Source: Octopus sinensis (lineage: Eukaryota). Taken from it: DNA of 64,000 nt. This document shows positions 50,096 to 62,158 of the stretch, piece by piece. Position 1 is the stretch's first letter, and each line of letters starts with the position of its first letter. Below the pieces are notes generated by a model. It had not been told where the DNA came from and ran no database searches. It saw nothing but the letters and a program-made list of their open reading frames with translations. Position numbers and translations under genes: made by a program. The DNA is taken from positions 30,268,464-30,332,463 of the forward strand of contig NC_043011.1 of assembly GCF_006345805.1 (NCBI RefSeq), read 5' to 3'.

Positions 50096-50569
50096 ACATA
50101 CACACACACACACACGCTCACATACACACACACACATACAGAGCAATGCATCTCTACAGACGCATACATACTTATAAGGAGACACATGCAACTACACAAC
50201 ATAGACATACGCTCGTCGTATCACGCATACATCACTACATAATACACTTATCTATAAGCGACACAGCACGTAACAGGTGGCACTACGTGGTCACTCATGT
50301 TGCTAGAAATAGCAGCTAAATCTCCCCCAAATTAGGTCCTTTTGAAAATTTCTTAGCAACGTGATTGTCACGGATGCAATGTGTCAGGAAGGTATGCTTG
50401 GTAAGAGCTGGCTTGTACCTAAACAGCAACGCATACACCTACGTACATCTACACATTGCCCATATACCTCGACACAGCACACACCTACACACTCGGGCGC
50501 ACCTGTACATACACCCACACACGCCTACACGGTCACACTCTGTACACACCTACACGCACACACACACAC

Positions 50570-51030
50570 ACACACAAGCAATTTATGCATACTCATACAC
50601 CCCTATGCATACGCCTACACACACACACACCCACACACACAAGTAACCTATGCATGCACATACACACCTATGCATACGCCTACACGCACACACATACACA
50701 CACAAGCAATTTAAGCATACACATACACCCTATGCATACGCCTACAAACACACACACACACACACACACACCACACACACGAGTAACTTATGCATACGCC
50801 TACACACACACACACCACACGCTCCCCCCACACACATACAAGCAACCTATGCATGCACATACACACACACGTGTAACTTATGCATACGCCTACACGCACA
50901 CACATACACACACACACACAAGCAATTTATGCATACACATACACCCCTATGCATACACATACACCCCTATACATACGCCTACAAACACACACACACGCGC
51001 GCGAGTAACTTATGCATACGCCTACACACA
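50570..51030. repeat. Complex minisatellite built on (CA)n with a tatgcatacgcctac core
   Basis: Recurrent (a/g)agcaatttatgcatac...ctatgcatacgcctacac units. Confidence 0.75.
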
Positions 51031-51843
51031 GCACATATCTACATAGAGCACACACACGCACGTATCCATCTCCCATACATAATATCCACACAGCACAGCT
51101 GACACACACAGACACACACACAGTTACTGTGTGAAACACGCCTATACACAGACACGTGTCCCAAAACAACACCAATAAATAGTCTCTCTGCGATACACCG
51201 ACATACAACGAGAGTAATACATAGACAGCGAGAAAGAGAGAAAGAAAGAGACGTTGTATGAAAGACAGATGCTTCTATGAGTGATATGTAAAACGTTATG
51301 AATTCAGCCAGTATGTTAACAGTTATCACACACCAACTTTATCAAGAGAACGGCAGCAACAATAACAACAATAACAACAGTTAATTCAAGCCAGAACGAC
51401 TGTAACATATCTTGTTTAATGTAGTTGACAGTCGCTATAGTGAACTAACGACTGAATCTCTATCTTTCTCATTTTCATTCTCTTCTTCTCCTTCCCTCTC
51501 TCTTTCTCTCGTTCTCTCGTTCTCTCTCTCACTCTATCTTTTTTTTCTCTCTCATATATATATCTATAATCTATCTATAAATATATATAGAGAGAGAGAG
51601 AGAGAGATTATATTATACTCATAATTATAGAATATATATATTGCTCATGTGAAATAACTATATAAGATTTTAGAGAGTATGCATGATGGAAAGATAGTAA
51701 TTTTATTTTTTAGATAAAAAAAGTTAGTTTCCCAGACGTCGTTTTTTATCTCGATATCGAATATATTCGAACTACTTTATTTTCCTTGCTATTTGAATAG
51801 ATATCAAGTTTATATGTTGATATAGTAGACAATATTATATGAG

Positions 51844-51880
<37 letters not shown>

Positions 51881-51913
51881 TATGTATATATGTATGTAGT
51901 ATGTATATGTATG

Positions 51914-51960
<47 letters not shown>

Positions 51961-51965
<5 letters not shown>

Positions 51966-52155
51966 TAATCCAAACAAGAAAACAGAAAAAAAGAGAAAAA
52001 AACACAGCAACGCAAGACGGGAACAATTAAAGTATTATTGAGGATCAGGAAAGAAGAGAAGGAGGGTTTTACGTTTCGAGCGGAGCTTTCGTCGGAAACA
52101 AGGAGAAGGAAAGATTCCCAAGGAGGGAAGACAGAGGAGAAATATTTGAGCTGGT
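51961..52155 (-). mobile_element. ~195-bp (TA)n-flanked mini element with degenerate hammerhead (52066-52099)
   Basis: gttt-CCGACGA-aagc tcc gctc-GAA-acgt-A-aaac; paralog of 47035-47255. Confidence 0.6.
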
Positions 52156-52232
52156 ATAATATATATATATATGTATATATGTATATATATATGTACGTAT
52201 ATATATATATGTGTATATATATATTATACGTA

Positions 52233-52282
<50 letters not shown>

Positions 52283-52736
52283 ATATATATATTATATATA
52301 TATAATTATGAGTATAATTATAATTAGGGTTCAGCAAAAGTTTGCTTCACCACATACCGAAATTTAGAAATAGCAGTTAAAAACTACTATTTCACTACTA
52401 TAAGAAAATCTCCCAGACAGATGTGTGCGTGGAGGCACAATGGCCCAGTGGTTAGGGCAGCGGACTTGCGGTTGTAGGATCGCGGGACGTTGTGAGTGTT
52501 TATTGAGTGAAAACACCTAAAGCTCCACGTGACTCTGGCAGGGGGTGGGTGGCCATCCCTACTGTACTCTTTCGCCACAACTTACTCTCACTCTTTCTTC
52601 TGTTGGCCTGCTCGCTTAGCTAGCGGGGTGTGGTCACTTGAAGGCTAAAACGATGCGAAGCGCATTGGGACCAGCGATGCGTAGCAACATCTGATAATCT
52701 GGTCGGTCACGGTGATCACGGTCATATATAGATATA

Positions 52737-52779
<43 letters not shown>

Positions 52780-52841
52780 TATATATATATAATATATAAT
52801 ATTGAATAATCTCTGAGCGAGATATAAACAGTAACTGCTCT

Positions 52842-53097
52842 TAACATAAGGGGGATCAGCCATCTGAATGTGGCTAGGGACAGGGCGGGGTAGTGGGGTG
52901 TTACTGATGCATTTAGCCCAGGGATCATCAACGTCACCAGAAGGGCTGACACCATCTCGGGTCCAGGCTGGCAAGGACACCGAGATGGTGTCAGCCCTTC
53001 TGGTGACGTTGATGATCGCCTGGGGCTAAATGCATCAGTAACACCCCCACTACCCCGCCCTGTCCCTAGCCACATTCAGATGGCTGATCCCCTTATG

Positions 53098-53100
<3 letters not shown>
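52842..53100. repeat. GC-rich near-perfect 259-bp hairpin (foldback/MITE)
   Basis: Arms 52842-52960 and 52980-53100 are reverse complements except for homopolymer length changes and one extra base; TA at both ends. Confidence 0.88.
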
Positions 53101-53161
<61 letters not shown>

Positions 53162-53199
53162 TTTTTTTTTTTTTTGAATAAACAATACTCTCACACCTT

Positions 53200-54075
53200 T
53201 TACTATAGAAATTAATTGACCTCTAGGTATGAGACCTAAAGTCTGTCTTACATGTATAAATAGTAACAATAATAAATAAATAAATAAATAAATAAGCTGT
53301 TCTAATATTGCACTAAACCTCTTAGTGTATTTTCCTCTACTGATAGCCTTTGACCCCTTTGATACTTTCTCTTGTTCTCTTTATATTCTTATATCTGCTT
53401 TTAACTCTGTAGGATTGGCAGTTAACAGCTGTATGCTGGTCAATAGTAATGTTCTCTTTTATAAATCTCAGATTCCTGCAACTCTGACCTAGACTTTCTG
53501 TCACCACAGAAATAGACTATCCTTTGTAGGTCGTGTACTTACACCCCTTCCTCTCAGTTGTCCCATAATGCCCTATTTGGGCGATTTTTCTGCTCCACTA
53601 ACTTCTTTTAGCCAATATAATTCTAACATAGAAGTTTTGTGAAATGAACAGAAATGTGATCAGCATCTTCTCATATATCAGGAAATTATACCTACATTAT
53701 TATGGATAAATTTATCGTCTCTGAGTATGAAATATCTCCTCATATCTCCGGAAATTACACCTGCATTATTATGGATGGATTTACCTTTTCTGTGAAGCTA
53801 ACAAACTTTTTTAAAACCTTTTATAAAACTGTGCATCATTAGAGAACTTTTGAAGTCTGCTTACAATCTAACTTTGCTTTTTATAGAACTCTCTTCGATA
53901 CTTCATGAGTGTAGCCTCACCCCCTAGGATGTCTGGAAAACTCATATGTGTTTTGGCTGATGAATACGGGACACTTGTATTTGCTGCAATATTTACAGCT
54001 TTTAATAAAGCTGTTCTTCGTATGAAACAACTGTACTGAACAACTAATCCATTCTTGTTGCATTTTCTTGTGTAT
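53200..54075 (+). mobile_element. Diverged paralog of the palindromic PLE 3' region
   Basis: Shares atggataaattt..tctgagtat, cttcatgagt.tagcctca, the hammerhead and the catt(c)ttgttgc terminus with 22.3-23.3 kb; (TA)n-associated at both ends. Confidence 0.75.
53951..54041 (+). ncRNA. Type I hammerhead with extended stem II (paralog)
   Basis: ttttgg-CTGATGA-atacgggaca...tgttcttcgtat-GAAAC-aact-GTA-ctgaac. Confidence 0.68.
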
Positions 54076-54113
54076 ATATATCTAATATATATATATATAA
54101 TATATAATATATA

Positions 54114-54150
<37 letters not shown>

Positions 54151-54159
54151 GTATATATT

Positions 54160-54365
54160 CTTTTCTCTTTTATCTGGTTGTCATTTGACTGCGGCCATGC
54201 TGGAGCACCACCTTTTATCGAAGAAATCGACCCCAGGACTTATTCTTTGTAAGCCTAGTACTTATTCTATCGGTCTCTTTTGCGGAACTGCTAAGTTACA
54301 GGGACGTAATCACACCAATATCAGTTGTCAAGCGATGGTGGGGGAACAAACACAGACACACAGAC

Positions 54366-54403
<38 letters not shown>

Positions 54404-54505
54404 ATATATATATATATATATAACATACAGCTTCTTTCAGTTTCCGTCTACAAATCCACTCACAAGGCTTTGGTCCGCCAGAGGCTATAGTAGAAGCACT
54501 GCCCA
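54160..54505 (-). mobile_element. SINE family A, 5' part truncated
   Basis: Reverse match to family A body and tail. Confidence 0.85.
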
Positions 54506-54510
54506 AGGTC

Positions 54511-54588
<78 letters not shown>

Positions 54589-54693
54589 CGGGAAGCTTTA
54601 TGAAAATAGACAAAAGACGAAGGCAGGTGGAAAACAAATATATATATATATATATGGGACCTTGGGCAAGTGGCATTTTCAAACTTCTTTTTT

Positions 54694-54734
<41 letters not shown>

Positions 54735-54739
<5 letters not shown>

Positions 54740-54940
54740 AAAGGAAAGTTTACGAATAATAAACAAAAGACGAAGGCAGGTGGAGTACAAACAAACAAAT
54801 GTATTAGTATAGCGCTCAGGAATAGAAAAAGTCTTTTACGTTTCGCGCCTACGCTCTTCGACAGAAAGATACACAGAAAAAAAACAAGGAGAGAAAAAAA
54901 ATGCGTGTAGGAGCTAACGATCTATCATGGCGTCCTGAAT
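54735..54940 (-). mobile_element. ~205-bp (TA)n-flanked mini element with hammerhead-like motif (54832-54869)
   Basis: tcttt-CTGTCGA-agagc gtag gcgc-GAA-acgt-A-aaaga; a partial copy of the same family lies at ~54586-54636. Confidence 0.55.
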
Positions 54941-55034
54941 ATATACATATATATATGTATATATATGGGACTCCTTGAATTTTATTTTAGTGTGTGAGAG
55001 TATATATATATATATACTCACACACCTACACATA

Positions 55035-55253
55035 CGAGTGGTTGTTGAAAAGTTCCTGGCTTTTGGTAAAAGAAAATGCAAGAGGATCAGTTAATTATGA
55101 CTCTACCCAACATATTTCCCTCTCAGATTCACAGACTTACTGCAGAGGCACTTCAGTTTTTTCTAAGCCCTGTAAAAGTACTCGGAAGGTTGGGCCTCCA
55201 AACTAGGCCTTTCGCGACACCCTTTAAGCCAGGAACTTTTCAGCACCCCATCA
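55035..55253. mobile_element. Mariner-derived MITE
   Basis: TIRs cgagtggttgttgaaaagttcctggctt / aagccaggaacttttcagcaccccatca, TA flanks. Confidence 0.78.
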
Positions 55254-55327
55254 TATATATATGTAGGGTTTTTTTATGTATGTATGTATGTATGTATGGT
55301 ATGTATGATTATGTATTAATATTATAA

Positions 55328-55370
<43 letters not shown>

Positions 55371-55373
<3 letters not shown>

Positions 55374-55460
55374 CATAGAAGTAAATATATGGCACAACGA
55401 AGTACCGATATTTACTGGAAATATCGGTACTCGTTGTGCCATATATTTACTTCTATGTAT
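55371..55460. repeat. 90-bp near-perfect palindrome, 5-nt loop
   Basis: atacatagaag...gatattt-ACTGG-aaatatc...cttctatgtat; one extra A in the left arm. Confidence 0.9.
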
Positions 55461-55522
55461 AATTTTCCCTCACGGGCTATTCTTTACTGAAAGCAATACT
55501 CTCGTATTGCATTACTATTATT

Positions 55523-55553
<31 letters not shown>

Positions 55554-55681
55554 TATCACTACTTTTCTTAATCTCAATATCAACACAAACACACATTATC
55601 TCATTCATTACACACATTCATGTATATTTTTTTCTCTTTTCACACATATACATCACGCTCATACTGCACACATGTAGTCTC

Positions 55682-55758
<77 letters not shown>

Positions 55759-56691
55759 ATCTATCTCTCTCTCTTTCTCTCCCTGCACACTTACACATTC
55801 CTCTCTTTCTCTCACCACTCAATTTATCTGCACATGTACACATCTTCCTTTCTACTTCTCTGTCTATCTATTTATCTAGCTGCACATACTGCACGTTACC
55901 ATCCCTCTCTTTCTATCTCCCTTCTGTCCCCATCTCTCTCTCCCATCTCTCTCTTCCCCCTCTCTCTGGACACTTATACACACACCCTCTCCTCCTTCAG
56001 ACATAGGCATGTGTCTCGATAAGGCAATTCTACAGTTAGATTTGTAATTTAGAGAATATATACATATAAATTAATAGGATTCACTTGTTGACAAGGTGCT
56101 TTTCATAACAAAAGACTCACATATATGCATATATACATGCGGCATGTGCTTGTGAGTAAGTCAATATATATGAACGTGTTTGTGTACGTATGTATGTATG
56201 TGTGTGAGAAAGAGAGACAAACAGAGACAGGCAGTCAGAGAGACAGACAGTCAGAGAAACAGAGAGAGACTGTGAGTGCTGGCTCAAGTTACAAACAAGT
56301 TACAAACAATGGAAAGAACTCAATACATGAAAGGATTGAATTTTAGAATATATATGTTACGTCATTCATAAACTTTCGAGAGAACGTGAAATAATTCTTT
56401 TTTGTAACAATGGCTCTTGAAGCACATAAAACTATAAATAACAACGTGTAAATTTTTAGTTGGAAAACTCTTCTCGACAGAAGACGTAGGCTGTGCACGG
56501 GATACGAATCCATATTTCCCATTGACATAACAGATATTCTCAACTTGTTTCTATCCAAAGAGGTTTTTCAACCCAATATTATTTATAGCTTTATGCTCTT
56601 CAAGATCCATGCTCCCAAAAAGAATATGTATGTATTCATCCTTCACCCTAGTGGCAAATGAACGAAATCATCATCATCATCATCATCCTCA

Positions 56692-56771
<80 letters not shown>

Positions 56772-56774
<3 letters not shown>

Positions 56775-56985
56775 GTAGCAAGCTGGCAAAATCGTTAGCA
56801 TGCCGGGCGAAATTCTTAGCGATATTTTGTCTATCTTCATATTCTGAGTTCAAATTCCTCAGAGGTCAACTTTGCTTTTCATTCTTTCGGAGTTGATAAA
56901 TTAAGTACCAGTCAAGCAATGGGGTCTGATTGATCTCCCCCCTCCTCACAAATTTCAGGCCTTGTGCCTTCAGTAGAAAGGATTA
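56772..56985 (+). mobile_element. SINE family B
   Basis: agcaagctggcaaaatcgttagcatgccgggcgaaa head and body. Confidence 0.82.
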
Positions 56986-57249
56986 TTATTATTATAATCA
57001 TCATCATCATCATCATCGTCAAGAAGCAGGGATTTAGTGAGGGTTCAGATTCGAAAATACGAATAAGCTCAAGTCAATGTATTGAGCACTTGATCTTTTC
57101 GTTTACTTTTACAAACCTCAATAGAGTAGCGTCTACAATCATAAAAATTGCACTTTAATATGGAATAATATTCATTTATACAACAAAGATCATACCGGAA
57201 CCGTGGAAGAAGCTCTACGCTAAGCACCTCATCGAAAAAAAAAACGATT

Positions 57250-57760
57250 GAATACATCATTAAGCGAATAGGATGGATATCCTACTTCTTTGAATCTTAC
57301 TCCACTGATACCCTTATAGTTTAAATTAAGAACCTCAAATTCCTCCTCGCTGCAAGATCAAAATACTTGAAACTGACCTAATCAACCTGATTTTAAAAAG
57401 TTAAGGCTTAGACGTCATAGCTTCAAAATCCTCTTTAAATATCAACGTAAAATTCGTTGAAGACACAATATCTACATATTTCTCAACAAAGCAGAAAGAC
57501 ATACTCCGAATTCCTATCAGACAATCAGACAACATTATTAAAACTTACGAAGACAGTCTCCCAATACTTATAATCAACCACGAACCATAAATAGCATCTC
57601 AACTAAAACTAGGTAACAAGTTAGAACACCAAGCCATGCGCGACTCATACATCACATTAAAGAACCATAACACCATTTTGTTTTTCAGTTCCACTTATAG
57701 ATTAAATAACCCCACTAAAATGAATAGCAAATAATTAGCAAACAAATCTGTAATCCCGAA
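57250..57760 (+). pseudogene. Decayed PLE reverse transcriptase N-terminal region
   Basis: Fragments IIKRIGWISYFF, DSYITLKNHN, YRLNNPTK, ISKQI resemble PLE motifs IKRMRWKAxFF, AFITLKDHK, CRLINPxK, ISKxIL. Confidence 0.6.
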
Positions 57761-58074
57761 TATGAAACTCTACGAAATTACCGCAATGGTTCGGTAGCCG
57801 AATGGTAATCATCTTACCAGAATAGAACGGAAGATATTGTAAATTCACCCAACACGACTTTTATCCATCAATTTCTAAACCCATCTGCAAAGCTTTAACA
57901 GCATTATAATGAGAGCTAGGATGACTTTTATTTAATGAGTTTCTTTTATGGAACACCAAAAAAGGTGGGGTAAGGCACTTTTTAATACCTATATAGAATG
58001 ATTTGATTGGATGAAAATTTATAATCTAACCTGTTCTTTACATTTAAGATAACTTTGAGAATAAATTCTCCAAG

Positions 58075-58270
58075 TATATCTATTATATAAAATCCGTTCT
58101 GTCTGTCTGTGTTTGTGTCTTCTAGGATCTCGGGCATCCTCCATCCGATTGCGCTCAAATTTGATATGTAGATACCGACGGTATCAGGGCATGTATAAGT
58201 CTTGAAAAAATTAGAAAAATCGATTCCAGGTGAGGATTTGATCGATAAAGCCGTGGGAACGTGCATTTGT
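58075..58270 (-). mobile_element. DINE/Helitron-like fragment
   Basis: tattatataaatccgttctgtctgtctgtg terminus and ccatccgattgcgctcaaatttg core resemble DINE-type ends. Confidence 0.4.
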
Positions 58271-59272
58271 AGCGCAAGTACATCAGCTGTTGCGATGTAC
58301 TTATTGGTACTTTAAACTCTTCGGTTGCATATTTGTGTGAATAAAATCGTTTTTGTTTGGAATAGAAAAAAGTCTATCTTTATTTCTTCTTTTGCTGGTG
58401 TCTCAAATTTAGGTTAAATCAGTGTTTCTCAAATGGGAGGCCTATGGGACGGTCGGACAAGTTGTTTTGAGAAAATTTGGTTTAAATGTTTGACAACTCA
58501 GCACCGTCCATTGGACGGGGAGCGTTTTGCTCGTGAGTATATAAGTACAAAAGCCTAAGTTTTCTACGGCGTGAAAGCTTATAGCATGAACAAGTTTAGG
58601 AAACATTTCGTATATTTAACAGAAATTGGTATTAACCTTCGAATTGCTAATTTTTTCAGACATTATGTTAGACTTGACAACAGGCGATCACAACTATAAA
58701 AAGATCAAAGAAGATATCGTTGAGAAAAAACACAATTAACCCTTCCCAAACTCTTGCAGTCATAAAACAGGTGGTAGGTAATATATATGAGATTGTATGT
58801 AACTTGTCTAACGACACATTCAGCCGAGCAGCTATAACGGCACAATAACAAGCAACTTGTTTTCGTTATGAAAACATAGAACAAGAGGAACATGTTTCAC
58901 AAAACAGTAAAAATAGAAAAACAAATGCCATCTACTTTATACTAGAGTCCAAAATATCCAATATCCGGCAATTCCTTGTCATATTAACTCCTTGTTAAAA
59001 ACAATGGTAATGTTAACTAAAATCGTCTCATTAATATCCAACATCTCAAATATCCAACAACATTCGTACAAACAGAAAGGTGCAAACTAACCGCTAGCGT
59101 GCCATTACAAGAACTCCACGTCTTGTTCGCTTAATGACAAGGGCATCACACATGCACATGTACACGTAGCAAAGATTATAACTGTAGATGGTACCGAGAG
59201 GAAATAATTTGACTTCTCAGAAAATTCATTTAAAACTAAATGCAAAAGAAAAAACTCAGTCCTTTACAATCA

Positions 59273-59372
59273 NNNNNNNNNNNNNNNNNNNNNNNNNNNN
59301 NNNNNNNNNNNNNNNNNNNNNNNNNNNNNNNNNNNNNNNNNNNNNNNNNNNNNNNNNNNNNNNNNNNNNNNN
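59273..59372. other. Assembly gap (100 N)
   Basis: Run of exactly 100 N. Confidence 1.
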
Positions 59373-60179
59373 TGGTGCATGTGTGTGTGTGTGTGTGTGC
59401 GCGTGTGTGTGTGTTTATATGTACTTGTTTCATTGCTTTCAGTTTTTTGACTGCGACCATGCTGAGGCATTTTCACAGATTTTGGATAATCTTCTGAACT
59501 CAGTTCCTACTGCAGTCTCGTACTTACCAATATTCTTTGTCGAGCCTCTAAGTTACGGGTCTAAAAGGAGAACGGCAGAAACAACAACACAGCTTTTTAT
59601 CTGGTGGAAACAAACACGTACATAACACAGACACATGTACATGCACACGCTCACACAAATACAAACACACACACACACACGTACGCTCACACAAGCAGAA
59701 TGCTTTATCATGGCCTTGACCGTGGTAGTTTAAACAATTAAATCATCAGAAACTATAGAACACACACACACACACACACACATACACACAGCATGCACAC
59801 ATATACATATACATATACATAGAAGCGCGCTCTCAAACACACATGCATGTACACACACACACATATATTACACCTATTTAATTTGTTGTTATAATTGATA
59901 AGAAGCTTACGTGATTGATGTGAGGCACTAGAATAGACAGAAGGGGAAGGCATGAAGATGGTATGAAGGAGGTGGAGAGATGCCATCGCATGTCATGATG
60001 TCACGTGTCTGATTCAATTTTAATCGTCCGACACCCTACCACCTACAGGTGCGTATCGCATCCCTTGACCTACAAATAGCAGAATCATTATCATCATCTC
60101 TATCATCATCGTCGTCGTCGTCATCATTATCAGCAGCAGCAGTAATAACAAATCAGGAGTCACACAAACGTGTGATCTA

Positions 60180-60592
60180 TTCGTTTCTTTTATTCTTTAA
60201 TTTGTTTCAGTGATCTGACTGCGGCCATGCTGGAGCACCGCCTTTAGTCGAGCAAATCGACCCCAGGACTTATTCTTTGTAAGCCTAGTGCTTATTCTAG
60301 CGGTCTCTTTTTTTCCCGAACCGCTAAGTGACGGGGACATAAACACACCAGCATCAGTTGTCAAGCGATGGTGGGGGGGACAAACACAGACACACAAGCA
60401 TACACACACACATACATACATATATATAGCTTGTTTACCAACCACATGGTTCCGGGTTCAGTCCCACAGCGTGGCACCTTGGGCAAGTGTCTTCTACTAT
60501 AGCCTCGGGCCGACCAAAGCCTTGTGAGTGGATTTGGTAGACGGAAACTGAAAGAAGCCCGTCGTATATATGTATATATATATATGCGTGTG

Positions 60593-60631
<39 letters not shown>

Positions 60632-60830
60632 TCCCCCTAGCATTGCTTGACAACCGATGCTGGTGTGTTTATGTCACCGTTACTTAGCGGTTCGGCAAAA
60701 GGGAGCGATAGAATAAGTACTGGGCTTACAAAAGAATAAGTCCCGGGGCCGAGTTGCTCGATTAAAGGCGGTGCTCCAGCATGGCCGCAGTCAAATGCCT
60801 GAAACAAGTAAAAGAGTAAAGAGTAAAAGA
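60180..60830. mobile_element. Divergently oriented pair of family A SINEs
   Basis: Minus-strand 3' half at 60180-60425 joined at a short (TA) to a plus-strand copy at 60428-60830. Confidence 0.85.
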
Positions 60831-60859
60831 GTATATACATATATACGACGGAAATTGAG

Positions 60860-61228
60860 TTAGCCCGTCGCATATTCATACATGCATGCATGCATGTATG
60901 CATATCTGGCACTCCGTTGCTTACGATGACAAGGCTTCTAGTTGATCCGATCAACGGAACAGCTTGCGCGTGAGATTAACGTGCAAGTGGCTGAGCCCTT
61001 CACAGACACACGTACCTCTTCATATACTTCTCAGGAAGATTCAGCGTGACACAGAGTGTGAGAAGGCTGGTCCCTTGAAATACAGCTACTAATTATTTTT
61101 GCTAGCTGACTGGACTGGAATAATGTGAAATAAAGTCTCTTACCCTAGAATACAAAACGCTGCCGGGAATCGAGCTCGCGAACTTATGATCGCGAGCCGA
61201 ATGCCTTAATCACTAAGCCACGCGCCTT
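60860..61228 (-). mobile_element. SINE family C-related
   Basis: Ends in cactaagccacgcgcc (reverse head); CORE-like block. Confidence 0.75.
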
Positions 61229-61271
61229 CATGTGTATGTGTATACATGTATGCGCATACACACACATACAC

Positions 61272-62158
61272 GTACAAAAAGAGAACACCTATCCTGAACT
61301 ACTGAGAAATCTGCAGTTACTCTATTCAGATTACAACTTCAGGTTTGTACCTGTAATTATTGAGGCCCTGGGATATGTATCACACTGCCTAAATAACAAT
61401 CTTGAGAAATTAGGCTTCTCAAAACCAGAAAAGAGAAAGCTAATTCGAAGACTACAGATCCATTCCATTACTGGAACTATAAAAATCTGTAAACTTTCCA
61501 GAAGTTTATCATTTAAAAATATATGAACATCTCATATTAAACTATATGCATGAGAATACGTAGATAAAACAAAACATACAAATCTGCACATATACATACA
61601 TACATACATACATACATACATACATACATACATACATAAATACATGCATACATACATACATATATACATGCATACATACATACATACATATATACATGCA
61701 TACATGCATACATACATACATACATGCATGCATGCATACATACATGCATGCATACATACATACATACATACATGCATGCATACATACATACATACATACA
61801 TACATACACACATACATACATATATGCATGCATACATACATACATACATACATACATACACACATACATACATATATGCATGCATACATGTATACATACA
61901 TACATACATATATACATACATACATACATACATACATACATACATGCATGCATACATACATACATACATACATGCATACATGCATACATACATACATACA
62001 TACATACATACATACATACATACATACATACATACATACATACATACATAAATACCCTGTTGTTGATGTTGAAATTTCAATGAAGGAACTTTGGATCTAG
62101 GTTAGAAACCGATTCTTTCTTTATCGGCAAGAAATCTTGAAATAAACTGAAGAATGAC
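61272..62158 (+). mobile_element. 3' end of an R4/Dong-like (restriction-like endonuclease) non-LTR element embedded in (CATA)n
   Basis: YPELLRNLQLLYSDYNFRFVPVIIEALGYV...LEKLGF...LQIHSITGTIKICK resembles the KYxxL...PxxxGALG...QxxxxxGTxxI C-terminus. Inclusion of 62051-62158 is inference. Confidence 0.65.

Noticed and set aside
58426-58445. cagtgtttctcaa hAT-type terminal repeat
   Set aside because: No matching opposite terminus or 8-bp TSD found nearby.
2731-61228. tRNA genes
   Set aside because: The A/B-box-containing segments are SINE heads running into SINE bodies; no complete cloverleaf was found.
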